A DNA stretch of 64,000 nt. It comes from Candidatus Eiseniibacteriota bacterium. Its GTDB lineage: Bacteria > Eisenbacteria > RBG-16-71-46. Below are positions 16,058-24,963 of this stretch, piece after piece (position 1 is the stretch's first letter; the number at the start of each line of letters is the position of its first letter). Under the pieces are notes generated by a model. It worked only from the letters and a program-made list of their open reading frames with translations. It made no database searches and was not told the DNA's origin. The stretch lies in contig CAVZLN010000007.1 in the NCBI GenBank assembly GCA_963776245.1, forward strand, positions 55,134-119,133, read 5' to 3'. The position numbers and the translations under genes are program-made.

Positions 16058-16189
16058 GAGCGCTCGGAATGCGGTTCGACCCGGGACCGACCCACCCCCG
16101 ACGCGCGCTTCACATGGGCGTTGTCTCTGGTGCGCCGGGGATGTAGGGTCTTTGCCTCGACCCTCCCTCAGTGGGCCGCTGGGGCTCCC

Positions 16190-18028
16190 ATGAGCGCAGT
16201 GAGCGAAAAAGCGAGGAATCTCCCCGCTCTTCCAGGGGTTTACCTCTGGAAGGACGCGCGCGGCCGCGTGCTCTACGTGGGCAAGGCCCGGAGCCTGCAG
16301 CAGCGCGTCCGTTCGTACCTCACCGGGGAGAGCGGCCACGCGCGCCTTGCCGAGCTCATGGCCGAGACGGCCGACCTCGACACCATCCTCACCGACACCG
16401 AGGCCGAGGCGCTCCTGCTGGAATCCACCCTGGTGCGCCAGCACAAGCCTCCCTTCAACGTGCTGCTCAAGGACGACAAGTCGTTCCCGTACGTGAGGGT
16501 GAGCGTGCAGGAGGAGTCGCCGCGGTTGTCCGTCACCCGCCGGGTGCGCGGGGACGGCGCGCGCTACCTCGGGCCCTACACCGACGTCAAGCACCTGCGC
16601 CGGACCCTGCGCGAACTGCGCCGCGTCTTCCCGGTGCGCACCTGCCGGGACTTCGAGGACCACCGGCGCGCCGATCGTCCGTGCCTCTACTTCCACATCC
16701 GGCGCTGCGCGGGTCCGTGCACCACGCGTTCGCCGGTGAGCGCCGCGGGGTACCGCCGCATCGTGGACGGGCTGGTGCTGTTCCTCACCGGTCGCGACGC
16801 CGACGTGGGGCGCGCGCTGCGTGCCCAGATGGGCGAGGCCGCCGCGGCGCGGCGCTACGAGGAGGCGGCGCGCGTGCGCGATCAGCTCGGGCTGCTCGAG
16901 AAGGCGCGCGTACCGCAGAAGATGGTGAGCCCCGCGGGAGGGCGGGACACCGACGTGCTCGGAGTGGCGCGGCACGGAACGCGCGCCGCCCTCGCCGTGC
17001 TCCTGGTGCGCGATGGCCGGGTGGCGGGCAAGGAGTCGCGTCTCGTCGAGGGGGCCGACGCGCTCAGCGACGGCGCGCTGGTCGAGACCTTCATGAGCCA
17101 GCATTATCTCGGCGCGGGCGATCCGCCGCGCCGCGTGGTCGTGCACGCGCTGCCGGAGGGGGCCGACGTGCTGGCCGAGGCGCTCACTCGCCGCGCCGGG
17201 CACCGGGTCGAGCTGGTCGCGCCGGCGCGCGGGCGGGAGCGCCGGCTGGTGCTGGTGGCGGAGCGCAACGCGGCGCTCGCGCTCGAGGACCTCGCCGCGC
17301 GTGCCGCCGGACGTCGCTCGAGATTCTCGCCCGAGGTGCTGGCGCTGCAGCGCGCGCTCGGGCTCGCGATCCCGCCGCACCGCATGGTGTGCTTCGACGT
17401 CTCCAATCTCGGCGCCGAGCACGCGGTGGCCGCGGTGGTGGCGGCGGAGAACGGGCGCCCGCGCAGCTCGCTCTACCGGCGGATGCGCCTGCGGCGACCC
17501 GGGCCCGACGATTTCGCGATGATCGGGGAGGCGGTGGAGCGCTACTGGGCCCGGGTGGAGTCGGGCGAGCTGCCACGGCCGGACCTGGTGATGATCGATG
17601 GCGGTGTGGGGCAGGTGGGCGCGGCGCGCGCCGCGCTCGAGCGCTCCGGCGCGCGCCCGGTGCCCGTCATCGGGCTCGCCAAGCGCGAGGAGACCGTGGT
17701 GCGCGAGGGCGCGCCGCCGATCACGCTGCCGCGCCGCAGCAGCGCGCTGCGCACGCTCCAGCGCCTGCGGGACGAGGCGCATCGCTTCGGACTGACCTAC
17801 CATCGCATGCTGCGGGGACGGGCGCGGCTGGCGAGCGATCTCGAGCGCGTGCCGGGCGTGGGCCCGGCCCGCCGCGCGGCGCTGCTGCGGGCGTTCGGCT
17901 CGCTGTCCGCGGTGCGCGCCGCCAGCGCCACCGAGATCGCCGCGCGGGCCGGCCTCCCGGCGACGCTCGCCACGCGCGTCGCCGCGCACCTCGCGGGCGT
18001 CGCGGGCGCGGGGGAGGCGGGCCGATGA
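16190..18028 (+). CDS. uvrC: excinuclease ABC subunit C
   Basis: PGVY..YVGKA GIY-YIG, FNVLLKDDKSFPY, CLYFHIRRCAGPC, FDVSN, DDFAM, PDLVMIDGG.GQ, LRDEAHRF, HhH. Confidence 0.95.
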   Translation: MSAVSEKARNLPALPGVYLWKDARGRVLYVGKARSLQQRVRSYLTGESGHARLAELMAETADLDTILTDTEAEALLLESTLVRQHKPPFNVLLKDDKSFPYVRVSVQEESPRLSVTRRVRGDGARYLGPYTDVKHLRRTLRELRRVFPVRTCRDFEDHRRADRPCLYFHIRRCAGPCTTRSPVSAAGYRRIVDGLVLFLTGRDADVGRALRAQMGEAAAARRYEEAARVRDQLGLLEKARVPQKMVSPAGGRDTDVLGVARHGTRAALAVLLVRDGRVAGKESRLVEGADALSDGALVETFMSQHYLGAGDPPRRVVVHALPEGADVLAEALTRRAGHRVELVAPARGRERRLVLVAERNAALALEDLAARAAGRRSRFSPEVLALQRALGLAIPPHRMVCFDVSNLGAEHAVAAVVAAENGRPRSSLYRRMRLRRPGPDDFAMIGEAVERYWARVESGELPRPDLVMIDGGVGQVGAARAALERSGARPVPVIGLAKREETVVREGAPPITLPRRSSALRTLQRLRDEAHRFGLTYHRMLRGRARLASDLERVPGVGPARRAALLRAFGSLSAVRAASATEIAARAGLPATLATRVAAHLAGVAGAGEAGR

Positions 18029-19008
18029 CGCGCACCAAGGCCCTGGACCCGCCCGCGCGCACGGTGCCCGGTCCCGCGCTGACGCGCCCGGTCGAGGCGT
18101 TCCTCGACGAGCTGCGCACCGGTCGCCGGCTCTCGGTCAACACCCTCGACGCCTACGCGCGGGACCTCGCCGACTACGCCGGCTTCGCCGCGCGCCACCG
18201 GCTGGCGGACTGGGCCGAAGCCACGCCGGTGTTCGTGGACGGGTATTTCGCGTGGCTCCACATCCGCGCCCTCGCGGCCCGCACGGTGGCGCGGCGGCGC
18301 TCGACGCTGCGCGGGTTCCACGCCCATCTCGAGCGCACCGGCGTGCGCGCCGACGATCCGCTCGCGCAGCTTCCGGCGCCGCGCCGCGAACGCCGGCTGC
18401 CCCACGTGCTGGCGGCCGAGGACCTCGAGCCGTTGCTCGCGGCCCCCGCGGGCGAGTCCCCGCTGGCGCTGCGCGACCGCGCCATGCTCGAACTGATCTA
18501 CGCCAGCGGACTGCGCGTCTCGGAGCTGTGCGGGCTGACGCGGAGCGCGGTGCAGATGCGCGAGAAGAGCCTGGTCGTCACCGGCAAGCGCGACAAGACG
18601 CGCATCGCCATGTTCGGCGCCCGGGCCCAGTCGGCGCTGCAGGAGTATCTCGAGCGCGGGCGCCCGGCGCTGGTGAAGCGCTCGCGCAGCGAGATGCTGT
18701 TCGTGAACGCGCGGGGCGGGCGGTTGAGCCGCCAGGGGTTCTGGAAGATCCTGAGGGGACACGCCCGCGCCACCGGGCTGGCGGGACGGGTCCATCCTCA
18801 CGCGCTGCGGCATTCGTTCGCCAGTCACCTGCTGGATCGCGGCGCGGATCTGCGCGTCGTGCAGGAGTTGCTCGGTCACGCCTCCATCGCGACGACCGAG
18901 ATCTACACCCATCTGGACCGGGATCACCTCCGGGAGGTGCATGCCACCTTCCACCCCCGTGAACGCGGACCGGGCACGGGGAAGCACGTACGAAAGGAGT
19001 CTCGATGA
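18025..19008 (+). CDS. xerD: tyrosine recombinase XerD
   Basis: LSVNTLDAYARDL, RDRAMLELIYASGLRVSEL, LSRQGFWKIL, HALRHSFASHLL, TTEIYTH, FHPR. Confidence 0.9.
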   Translation: MTRTKALDPPARTVPGPALTRPVEAFLDELRTGRRLSVNTLDAYARDLADYAGFAARHRLADWAEATPVFVDGYFAWLHIRALAARTVARRRSTLRGFHAHLERTGVRADDPLAQLPAPRRERRLPHVLAAEDLEPLLAAPAGESPLALRDRAMLELIYASGLRVSELCGLTRSAVQMREKSLVVTGKRDKTRIAMFGARAQSALQEYLERGRPALVKRSRSEMLFVNARGGRLSRQGFWKILRGHARATGLAGRVHPHALRHSFASHLLDRGADLRVVQELLGHASIATTEIYTHLDRDHLREVHATFHPRERGPGTGKHVRKESR

Positions 19009-19619
19009 GCCGGATGAAGGGAGCCGCTGTGGGGATCACCGCCACGGTGCTGGCGGGTCTGGTGCTGGTGGGCGCGGCGCAGGCCGCGTCGTCGATCGTC
19101 CTGCCGCGGCCGGGGCAGGTCGGGATCGGGCTGGGGGGAGGCTACGGCACCCTGCTCGACAGCGGGTCGCTCGGTGATCAGTTCGGCTCCGGCCCGGCGC
19201 TCAGCGTGCGCCTGCGCTACCGCATGCGGTACGAGCGTGCCGCCGCCCTGGCGTTCGAGGGCCGCACGTACGACGCCCGCGTGAGCGCGCCCGCGGACAG
19301 CCTCTACGCGCGCAAGCAGCTCAAGCTCATCCTGTCGGGTCTCGAGATCTCCCAGATGTTCGGCACCCGCACGCGCACCACGAAGATGTTGACCGGCGGG
19401 TTCGGGCTCGCCCAGGCCTCGTTCCGGCTCAATGACGGCGAGACCGCCTACCCGAACGGGGAGGGCATGTACCTGAGCGCGGGCGCCGGGATGGAGCACT
19501 TCTTCTACCGCTCGTGGGCGTTCGACCTCGGGACGCGCTACGTCGCGGTGTTCCAGGACGGCAAGACCAATCACGACCTCCAGGCCAGTCTCGGCCTGAT
19601 CTTCTACGCGAGCTATTGA
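19005..19619 (+). CDS. small outer-membrane beta-barrel protein
   Basis: Signal peptide, alternating amphipathic strands, C-terminal LGLIFY. Confidence 0.65.
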   Translation: MSRMKGAAVGITATVLAGLVLVGAAQAASSIVLPRPGQVGIGLGGGYGTLLDSGSLGDQFGSGPALSVRLRYRMRYERAAALAFEGRTYDARVSAPADSLYARKQLKLILSGLEISQMFGTRTRTTKMLTGGFGLAQASFRLNDGETAYPNGEGMYLSAGAGMEHFFYRSWAFDLGTRYVAVFQDGKTNHDLQASLGLIFYASY

Positions 19620-21031
19620 TGGCCGACACGCTCTCGATCTCGTTCGAAGGCGCCGCCCGCACGGTCACCGGGTCGCGCCACCGCGTCCGCTTCGGCGACC
19701 GGCAGTGGCTGTTCGACTGCGGGCTCTTCCAGGGCCACCGCGACGAGGCGGACAAGATCAATCGCACCTTCCGATTCGAGCCGGCCGAGCTCGACGCGGT
19801 GGTGCTCTCGCACGCGCACCTCGACCACACCGGCAATCTGCCGACGCTGGTCACCCGCGACTTCCGCGGGCCGATCCACGCCACCGCACCCACTTCCGAC
19901 CTGTGCGGCGTCCTGCTCCCCGACAGTGCGCACCTGATGCAGCGCGATGTCGAGCACGTGAACTGGCATGGCAAGGGCAAGGGCCGGGAGGCGCGACAGG
20001 CGCTCTACACGGCCGAGGACGTCGAGACCACGCTCGGCCTGCTGGTGGGACATCGCTACCACGAGTCCTGGGAGCTGTTCCCGGGGGTGCGGGTGGAGTA
20101 CCACGACGCCGGTCACATCCTCGGGTCCGCGCTCACGACGTTCGAATTCTCGAGCGGCGGGCGGCGCCTGAGGCTCGGGATGGCCGGGGACCTCGGGCGT
20201 GCCGGGCGCCCCATCCTGCGCGATCCCGAGGTGCCTCCGGGGGTGGACGTGCTGGTGCTGGAGAGCACCTACGGCGACCGCCTGCACACCGACGGCGCGG
20301 CGGACGAGCAGGCGCTGATCGAGATCGTGGAGCGGACCGCGAAGCGGGGAGGACGCGTCATCGTGCCGGCGTTCGCGGTCGGCCGCACGCAGGAGCTGGT
20401 CGCGACCCTGCACCGGCTGATCGAGGGGCGGCGCCTGCGCGACCTGCCGATCTTCGTCGATAGTCCGATGGCCTCGCGGACCACCCAGGTGTTCCGCCGG
20501 CATGCCGAGTGTTTCGACGAGGAGACCCGCCGCGAGTGGGAGCAGGGGGAGGGGGGACCGCTGGCGTTCGCGCGCCTGCGCTACGTCTCGTCGGCGCAGG
20601 AGAGCATGGCGCTGAACGAATACGAACCCCCGTGCATCATCATCTCGGCTTCGGGGATGTGCGAAGGAGGGCGGGTGCTGCACCACCTCCGTCAGAGCAT
20701 CGGCGACCCGCGCAACACCGTGCTGTTCGTCGGCTACCAGGCCGAAGGCACCCTCGGCCGGAGGCTGCGCGAGGGCGCCGAGCGGGTGAACATCTTTGGT
20801 GAGCCCTATCCGAGGGCGTGCGAGGTGCACGCGCTCGATTCGTTCAGCGCGCACGCCGACCAGCGCGAGCTGCTGGACTGGGTGGCGCGACTGGATCCGG
20901 CGCCGCGCGCGATCCATCTGGTGCACGGCGAGCCGGCCGCGGCGGAGGTGCTGGCGGGCCTGCTGCGCGAGCGCACCACGGCCGTGGTGCGGGTGCCCGA
21001 GCTGGGGGAGGTGGTCGACCTGTGGAGCTGA
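19619..21031 (+). CDS. MBL-fold beta-CASP nuclease (Ysh1/TTHA0252-like)
   Basis: GAARTVTGS, DCGLFQG, SHAHLDH, AGHILGS, ESTYGDRLH, SGMCEGGR, FSAHAD, LVHGE. Confidence 0.88.
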   Translation: MADTLSISFEGAARTVTGSRHRVRFGDRQWLFDCGLFQGHRDEADKINRTFRFEPAELDAVVLSHAHLDHTGNLPTLVTRDFRGPIHATAPTSDLCGVLLPDSAHLMQRDVEHVNWHGKGKGREARQALYTAEDVETTLGLLVGHRYHESWELFPGVRVEYHDAGHILGSALTTFEFSSGGRRLRLGMAGDLGRAGRPILRDPEVPPGVDVLVLESTYGDRLHTDGAADEQALIEIVERTAKRGGRVIVPAFAVGRTQELVATLHRLIEGRRLRDLPIFVDSPMASRTTQVFRRHAECFDEETRREWEQGEGGPLAFARLRYVSSAQESMALNEYEPPCIIISASGMCEGGRVLHHLRQSIGDPRNTVLFVGYQAEGTLGRRLREGAERVNIFGEPYPRACEVHALDSFSAHADQRELLDWVARLDPAPRAIHLVHGEPAAAEVLAGLLRERTTAVVRVPELGEVVDLWS

Positions 21032-23004
21032 CCGAGGGCCGCTATCGGATCGGGCAGCGCCTTCGCCACCCGACGTTCGGCGAAGGGCTCGTGGTCGAGG
21101 TCCATACCGACCGCGGTCGCGAGGTGCTCGAGGTCGTGTTCGAGGGCGTGCTGCGCCGGCTCTCGGCGCAGCGCGCCTGGGACATCGTCGCCGGCGGCCC
21201 CGCGTCCGAGCCGGAGCCCGCGCCCTCTCCCGGGTGCGACGGTGGCGCCGAGACCACCGCGAGCACCTGCCGCGCGTCCCGTGCGTGGCACCCACTGGGC
21301 GACCGGCTGCTCGAGCACTGGACCGCGGGCGAGGCCTGCGCGCCCGCGCACTTCGACCTGCGCAGCGAGGCCGAGCGCTGGGCCGGATGGGCCGGCACCG
21401 ATCGGCTGGTCTCGCTCGACTCGCTCCGCGGGGTGGAACGCTATCCGCACCAGATGCGCGTCTGCCTCAAGGTGATGCGCGAGCTGAACGGGCGCGCGAT
21501 CCTGGCCGACGAGGTCGGGCTGGGCAAGACCATCGAGGCCGGGATCGTCCTGAAGGACTACCTGCTGCGCGGTGCGGTGCGCACGGTGCTGGTGCTGGTG
21601 CCGGCGTCGCTGTGCGAGCAGTGGCGGGCGGAGCTGTGGGAGAAGTTCGAGCTCGACTTCGTCGTGTCGCGCGGGCCCGCCGGCCAGTGGGGCCGCCACC
21701 CGCTGGTGATCTCGTCGCTCGAGACGGCGCGGCACGAGCGCCATCGACGCCGCGTGCGGGCCTCGAACTACGACCTGGTGTGCGTGGACGAGGCCCACCG
21801 CCTCCGCAATCACCTCACGCTCGGCTGGAAGTTCATCAACGACCTCAATCCGCGCTACCTGCTCCTGCTCACCGCCACGCCGGTGCAGAATGACCTGCGC
21901 GAGATCTACAACCTCGCCACACTGGTGCGGCCCGGCACGGTCGGCACCTTCACGCAGTTCCGGCGCGACTTCCTCACCGGCCACGACAAGCGCACGCCGC
22001 GGAACACCCCGCGCCTGCGGACGCTGCTCGAATCGGTGATGGTGCGCACGCGTCGCAGCGAGACCGATCTCACCTTCACACCGCGCAAGGTCGAGACCAT
22101 GTGGGTGGCCCAGACCGCGGCCGAGCGCACGCTCTACCGGGAGGTGAGCGAGTTCGTCGCGGACGCGGTGCACGGCGAGGCGGGCGCGCCGGGACGGCCG
22201 CACTACTTCACCCTGATGGTGCTGCAGAAGGAGATGGGCTCGTCGTGGGCGGCCGCGCGCGCCACGCTCGAGAAGCTCTCCCACCATCCCGACGGGCTCG
22301 ACCCGCGACGCCTTCGGCTGCTCGCGGGCAAGGCGTCGGAGGCGAGTCGCGAGCCGAGCAAGGTCCGTTCGCTGGTGCGCTGCGTCGCCGGGCTCAACGG
22401 CGAGAAGTGCATCATCTTCACCCAGTTCCGGTGCACCCAGGACGCGATCGCCGAGGCCCTCCGCGCGTCCGGCGTCGAGCCCTGCCTGTTCCATGGCGAG
22501 ATGGCGTGGAACGAGAAGGAGGAGTCCCTCGAGCGCTTCCGCGACAGCGCGCAGGTGCTGGTGAGCACCGAGGCCGGCGGCGAGGGGCGCAACCTCCAGT
22601 TCTGCCGCATCGTCATCAACTACGACCTGCCGTGGAACCCGATGCGCGTCGAGCAGCGCATCGGCCGCGTGCACCGCCTCGGACAGGCCCACCCGGTGCG
22701 GGTCGTGAATCTCGCCGCGCGGGGGACCATCGAGGCCTACGTGCTCGAGATCCTCGACAAGAAGATCCGCATGTTCGAGCTGGTGGTGGGGGAGATGGAG
22801 GAGATCCTCGGCACCTGGCAACCGCACGGCTCGTTCGAGGACGAGGTGTTCCGGCGCTGGACCGAGTCCAGCAATCCGCGGGTGCGCAAGCGCCGCTTCA
22901 CCGAGCTCGCCCAGCACCTGCTGGTGGCGCGCCGCATGTACCAGGAACAGAAGAACCTCCAGAATCTGCTGTTCCCGGCGGCCACCAAGGAGGGGTCCAA
23001 GTGA
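21022..23004 (+). CDS. SNF2-family helicase (YqhH/RapA-like) with N-terminal Tudor-like domain
   Basis: ILADEVGLGKT, DEAH, LTATPVQN, STEAGGEGRNLQ, YDLPWNPMRVEQRIGRVHRLGQ; GTG at 21022 after GGAGG. Confidence 0.88.
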   Translation: MELTEGRYRIGQRLRHPTFGEGLVVEVHTDRGREVLEVVFEGVLRRLSAQRAWDIVAGGPASEPEPAPSPGCDGGAETTASTCRASRAWHPLGDRLLEHWTAGEACAPAHFDLRSEAERWAGWAGTDRLVSLDSLRGVERYPHQMRVCLKVMRELNGRAILADEVGLGKTIEAGIVLKDYLLRGAVRTVLVLVPASLCEQWRAELWEKFELDFVVSRGPAGQWGRHPLVISSLETARHERHRRRVRASNYDLVCVDEAHRLRNHLTLGWKFINDLNPRYLLLLTATPVQNDLREIYNLATLVRPGTVGTFTQFRRDFLTGHDKRTPRNTPRLRTLLESVMVRTRRSETDLTFTPRKVETMWVAQTAAERTLYREVSEFVADAVHGEAGAPGRPHYFTLMVLQKEMGSSWAAARATLEKLSHHPDGLDPRRLRLLAGKASEASREPSKVRSLVRCVAGLNGEKCIIFTQFRCTQDAIAEALRASGVEPCLFHGEMAWNEKEESLERFRDSAQVLVSTEAGGEGRNLQFCRIVINYDLPWNPMRVEQRIGRVHRLGQAHPVRVVNLAARGTIEAYVLEILDKKIRMFELVVGEMEEILGTWQPHGSFEDEVFRRWTESSNPRVRKRRFTELAQHLLVARRMYQEQKNLQNLLFPAATKEGSK

Positions 23005-24137
23005 GCGCGGCCGCCGCCCCGAGCCGCCGCTCGCCGGTGTCGCGGCGCGCCGGCGCGCGCCCGGCCCCGACTCCCGCCGTGGTGGTATCGCCCGCGCACG
23101 CCGCTCTGCCGCCGGACTGGCGGCCGTTCGTCGGGCGCTGGCTCGAGGCGTGCGGCTGCGCGGTGAGCACGGCGGCGCGCGGGGACTGGGAGGTGGAGCT
23201 GTCGGAGGCGCTGCAGAAGCGCTGGCGGCGGCAGCGCGTGCGCCTGGTCTTCGACCCGCTGCGCCCGACGCTGCCGCGCGGCGCGTGGTTCTGCGCGCCG
23301 GGCAGCGTGGCGGGCAGGAAGATCCTCGACGCGCTGCTCGAGCGTCCCGGCTTCACCCGCCGCACCGCGCTGGTGCGGGTGCCGGGCGCGCCCGAGGACG
23401 GCCTGGCTTCGGTCTGCCGCGTGCGCGGGCTGGCGTGGGGCCCGGCGCGCCTCGGCCCGGTGCGCTACGAGCGGCGCGTCGCGTTCCATGCGCTGGTCAC
23501 GCGCTGGGGCGGGCTGCCGGCGCAGGAGCACTGGGTGGTGGTGATCGGCGAGGACGGCCGCTTCATCGAGTGGACGACCGGATACGAGCTGCCGGACGTG
23601 CGCAGCCGGGAGGGGCTCTACCAGATCACCGAGGACCTCGATCCCGCGACGCGCGAGCGGCGGATGGAGCAGGCGCGGCGCGAGCTCGAGCGTCTGCTCG
23701 CCGAGCACGAGGTGCAGTGGGAGCGCACCGTGGCGCGCCTGCGCGACGACGAGCTCGACCGCCTCGGGGCGTTCTTCTCGGCCCGCATCGAGGAGGAGGA
23801 GGAGCGGCTGCGCCGCCGCACCACCGCGACCGAGGACCCGCTGCACGACCATGGTGACGCGACCTCGCTCAAGCTCGAGTGGGAGCGCCGCGCGGCCGAG
23901 GTCCGCCAGCGCTGGGCGCTGCGCACCGAGCTGAGGATGTGGGGGCTCGAGGAGTGGTCGTGGCCGGTGGCCGAGGTCGAGCAGGAGCTGCGCGCCGGGG
24001 CGGTGCACGTGAGACTGACCAGCCAGGTCGACGTGGCGCGCGGCCGGCCCGCGCTGCCCGCCTGCCCGACGTGCGGGGCGCCGGCGGAGATGCTGGCGCG
24101 CTCGCGGGGCACGGTGGCCTGTCCGCGCTGCGCGTAG
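23001..24137 (+). CDS. hypothetical SNF2-partner protein (YqhG-like) with coiled coil and C-terminal C4 Zn ribbon
   Basis: GTGA overlap with the helicase and AAGGAGG RBS; ELDRLGAFF...coiled coil; CPTCG...CPRC at the C-terminus. Confidence 0.7.
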   Translation: MSAAAAPSRRSPVSRRAGARPAPTPAVVVSPAHAALPPDWRPFVGRWLEACGCAVSTAARGDWEVELSEALQKRWRRQRVRLVFDPLRPTLPRGAWFCAPGSVAGRKILDALLERPGFTRRTALVRVPGAPEDGLASVCRVRGLAWGPARLGPVRYERRVAFHALVTRWGGLPAQEHWVVVIGEDGRFIEWTTGYELPDVRSREGLYQITEDLDPATRERRMEQARRELERLLAEHEVQWERTVARLRDDELDRLGAFFSARIEEEEERLRRRTTATEDPLHDHGDATSLKLEWERRAAEVRQRWALRTELRMWGLEEWSWPVAEVEQELRAGAVHVRLTSQVDVARGRPALPACPTCGAPAEMLARSRGTVACPRCA

Positions 24138-24159
24138 CGCGCGGGCGGTGAAGGGCGGC

Positions 24160-24189
24160 TTGACGCCGGCCGTCGCGAGGGGATAACGT
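24160..24189 (+). promoter_or_regulatory. putative sigma70 promoter (TTGACG-N18-TAACGT)
   Basis: Hexamers in the intergenic region upstream of the TPR gene. Confidence 0.45.
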
Positions 24190-24227
24190 GCTCGCCGCTC
24201 GCGGCTGGCATCACTTCAGGCGGCGCG

Positions 24228-24926
24228 TTGGACTCGCGCCGCAAACGGAGGCCCGACTTGAGTTTGGAGAACCGAAAAGGCGCGACGCTCGAGGATCCGG
24301 GCGCCGAGGTCGTGGATCAGCTGACGTCGTTCTGGGATCGCTATGGGCGGATCGGATCGGGCGTCCTGATCGGACTCGCGGTGGTGATCGCCGGGTCGAT
24401 CTTCTACGTCCGCTCCCGCGCGACGGCCGAGGAAGGGGCGGCTGGCCGGCTGGCCGAGGCCAACGTGCTGTTCTGGCAGGGGGATTACCAGCGCTCGCTC
24501 GAGGCCGCCCGGCAGGTGTACACGCAGTACGGCTCCACACCGAGCGGCCGCGACGCGCATCGGCTGTCGGGCGACGACGCCTTCTGGCTCGGCGACTACC
24601 GCACCGCCGTCGACGAGTACCGTAAGTACATCGCTGGCGCGCCCGCCGGTCTGCTGGTGGATGCGGCGCGGCGCAGCCTGGCGTATTCGCTCGAGAACGC
24701 GAAGCAGTTCAAGGAGGCCGCGGAGATCTACGAGTCGCTGGTCGGCAAGTTCGACCGCGAGACCTCCGCTGAGATGCTGGCCTCCGCGGCGCGCTGCCTG
24801 GTCGCGCAGAGCCAGCCGGCCGAGGCGGCCAAGCGTCTGCAGCGGCTGCTGGCCGAATTCGGGGAGACGAGTCATGCGGCGCGGGCCCAGGTGGACCTGG
24901 GCGCGCTCCAGCCCGTGACACGCTGA
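24228..24926 (+). CDS. membrane-anchored TPR protein (YfgM-like)
   Basis: Single N-terminal TM helix followed by TPR-like helical repeats; start uncertain. Confidence 0.7.
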   Translation: MDSRRKRRPDLSLENRKGATLEDPGAEVVDQLTSFWDRYGRIGSGVLIGLAVVIAGSIFYVRSRATAEEGAAGRLAEANVLFWQGDYQRSLEAARQVYTQYGSTPSGRDAHRLSGDDAFWLGDYRTAVDEYRKYIAGAPAGLLVDAARRSLAYSLENAKQFKEAAEIYESLVGKFDRETSAEMLASAARCLVAQSQPAEAAKRLQRLLAEFGETSHAARAQVDLGALQPVTR

Positions 24927-24963
24927 GTCTCGGAGGACCGCGAGGTCAGGGGAGGAGGGCCCG

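Noticed and set aside
19619-24137. Nuclease + SNF2 helicase as an anti-phage system (DISARM/Zorya-like)
   Set aside because: No methylase, DUF1998, PLD or other defence genes; composition matches the host and the genes are embedded in a core operon.
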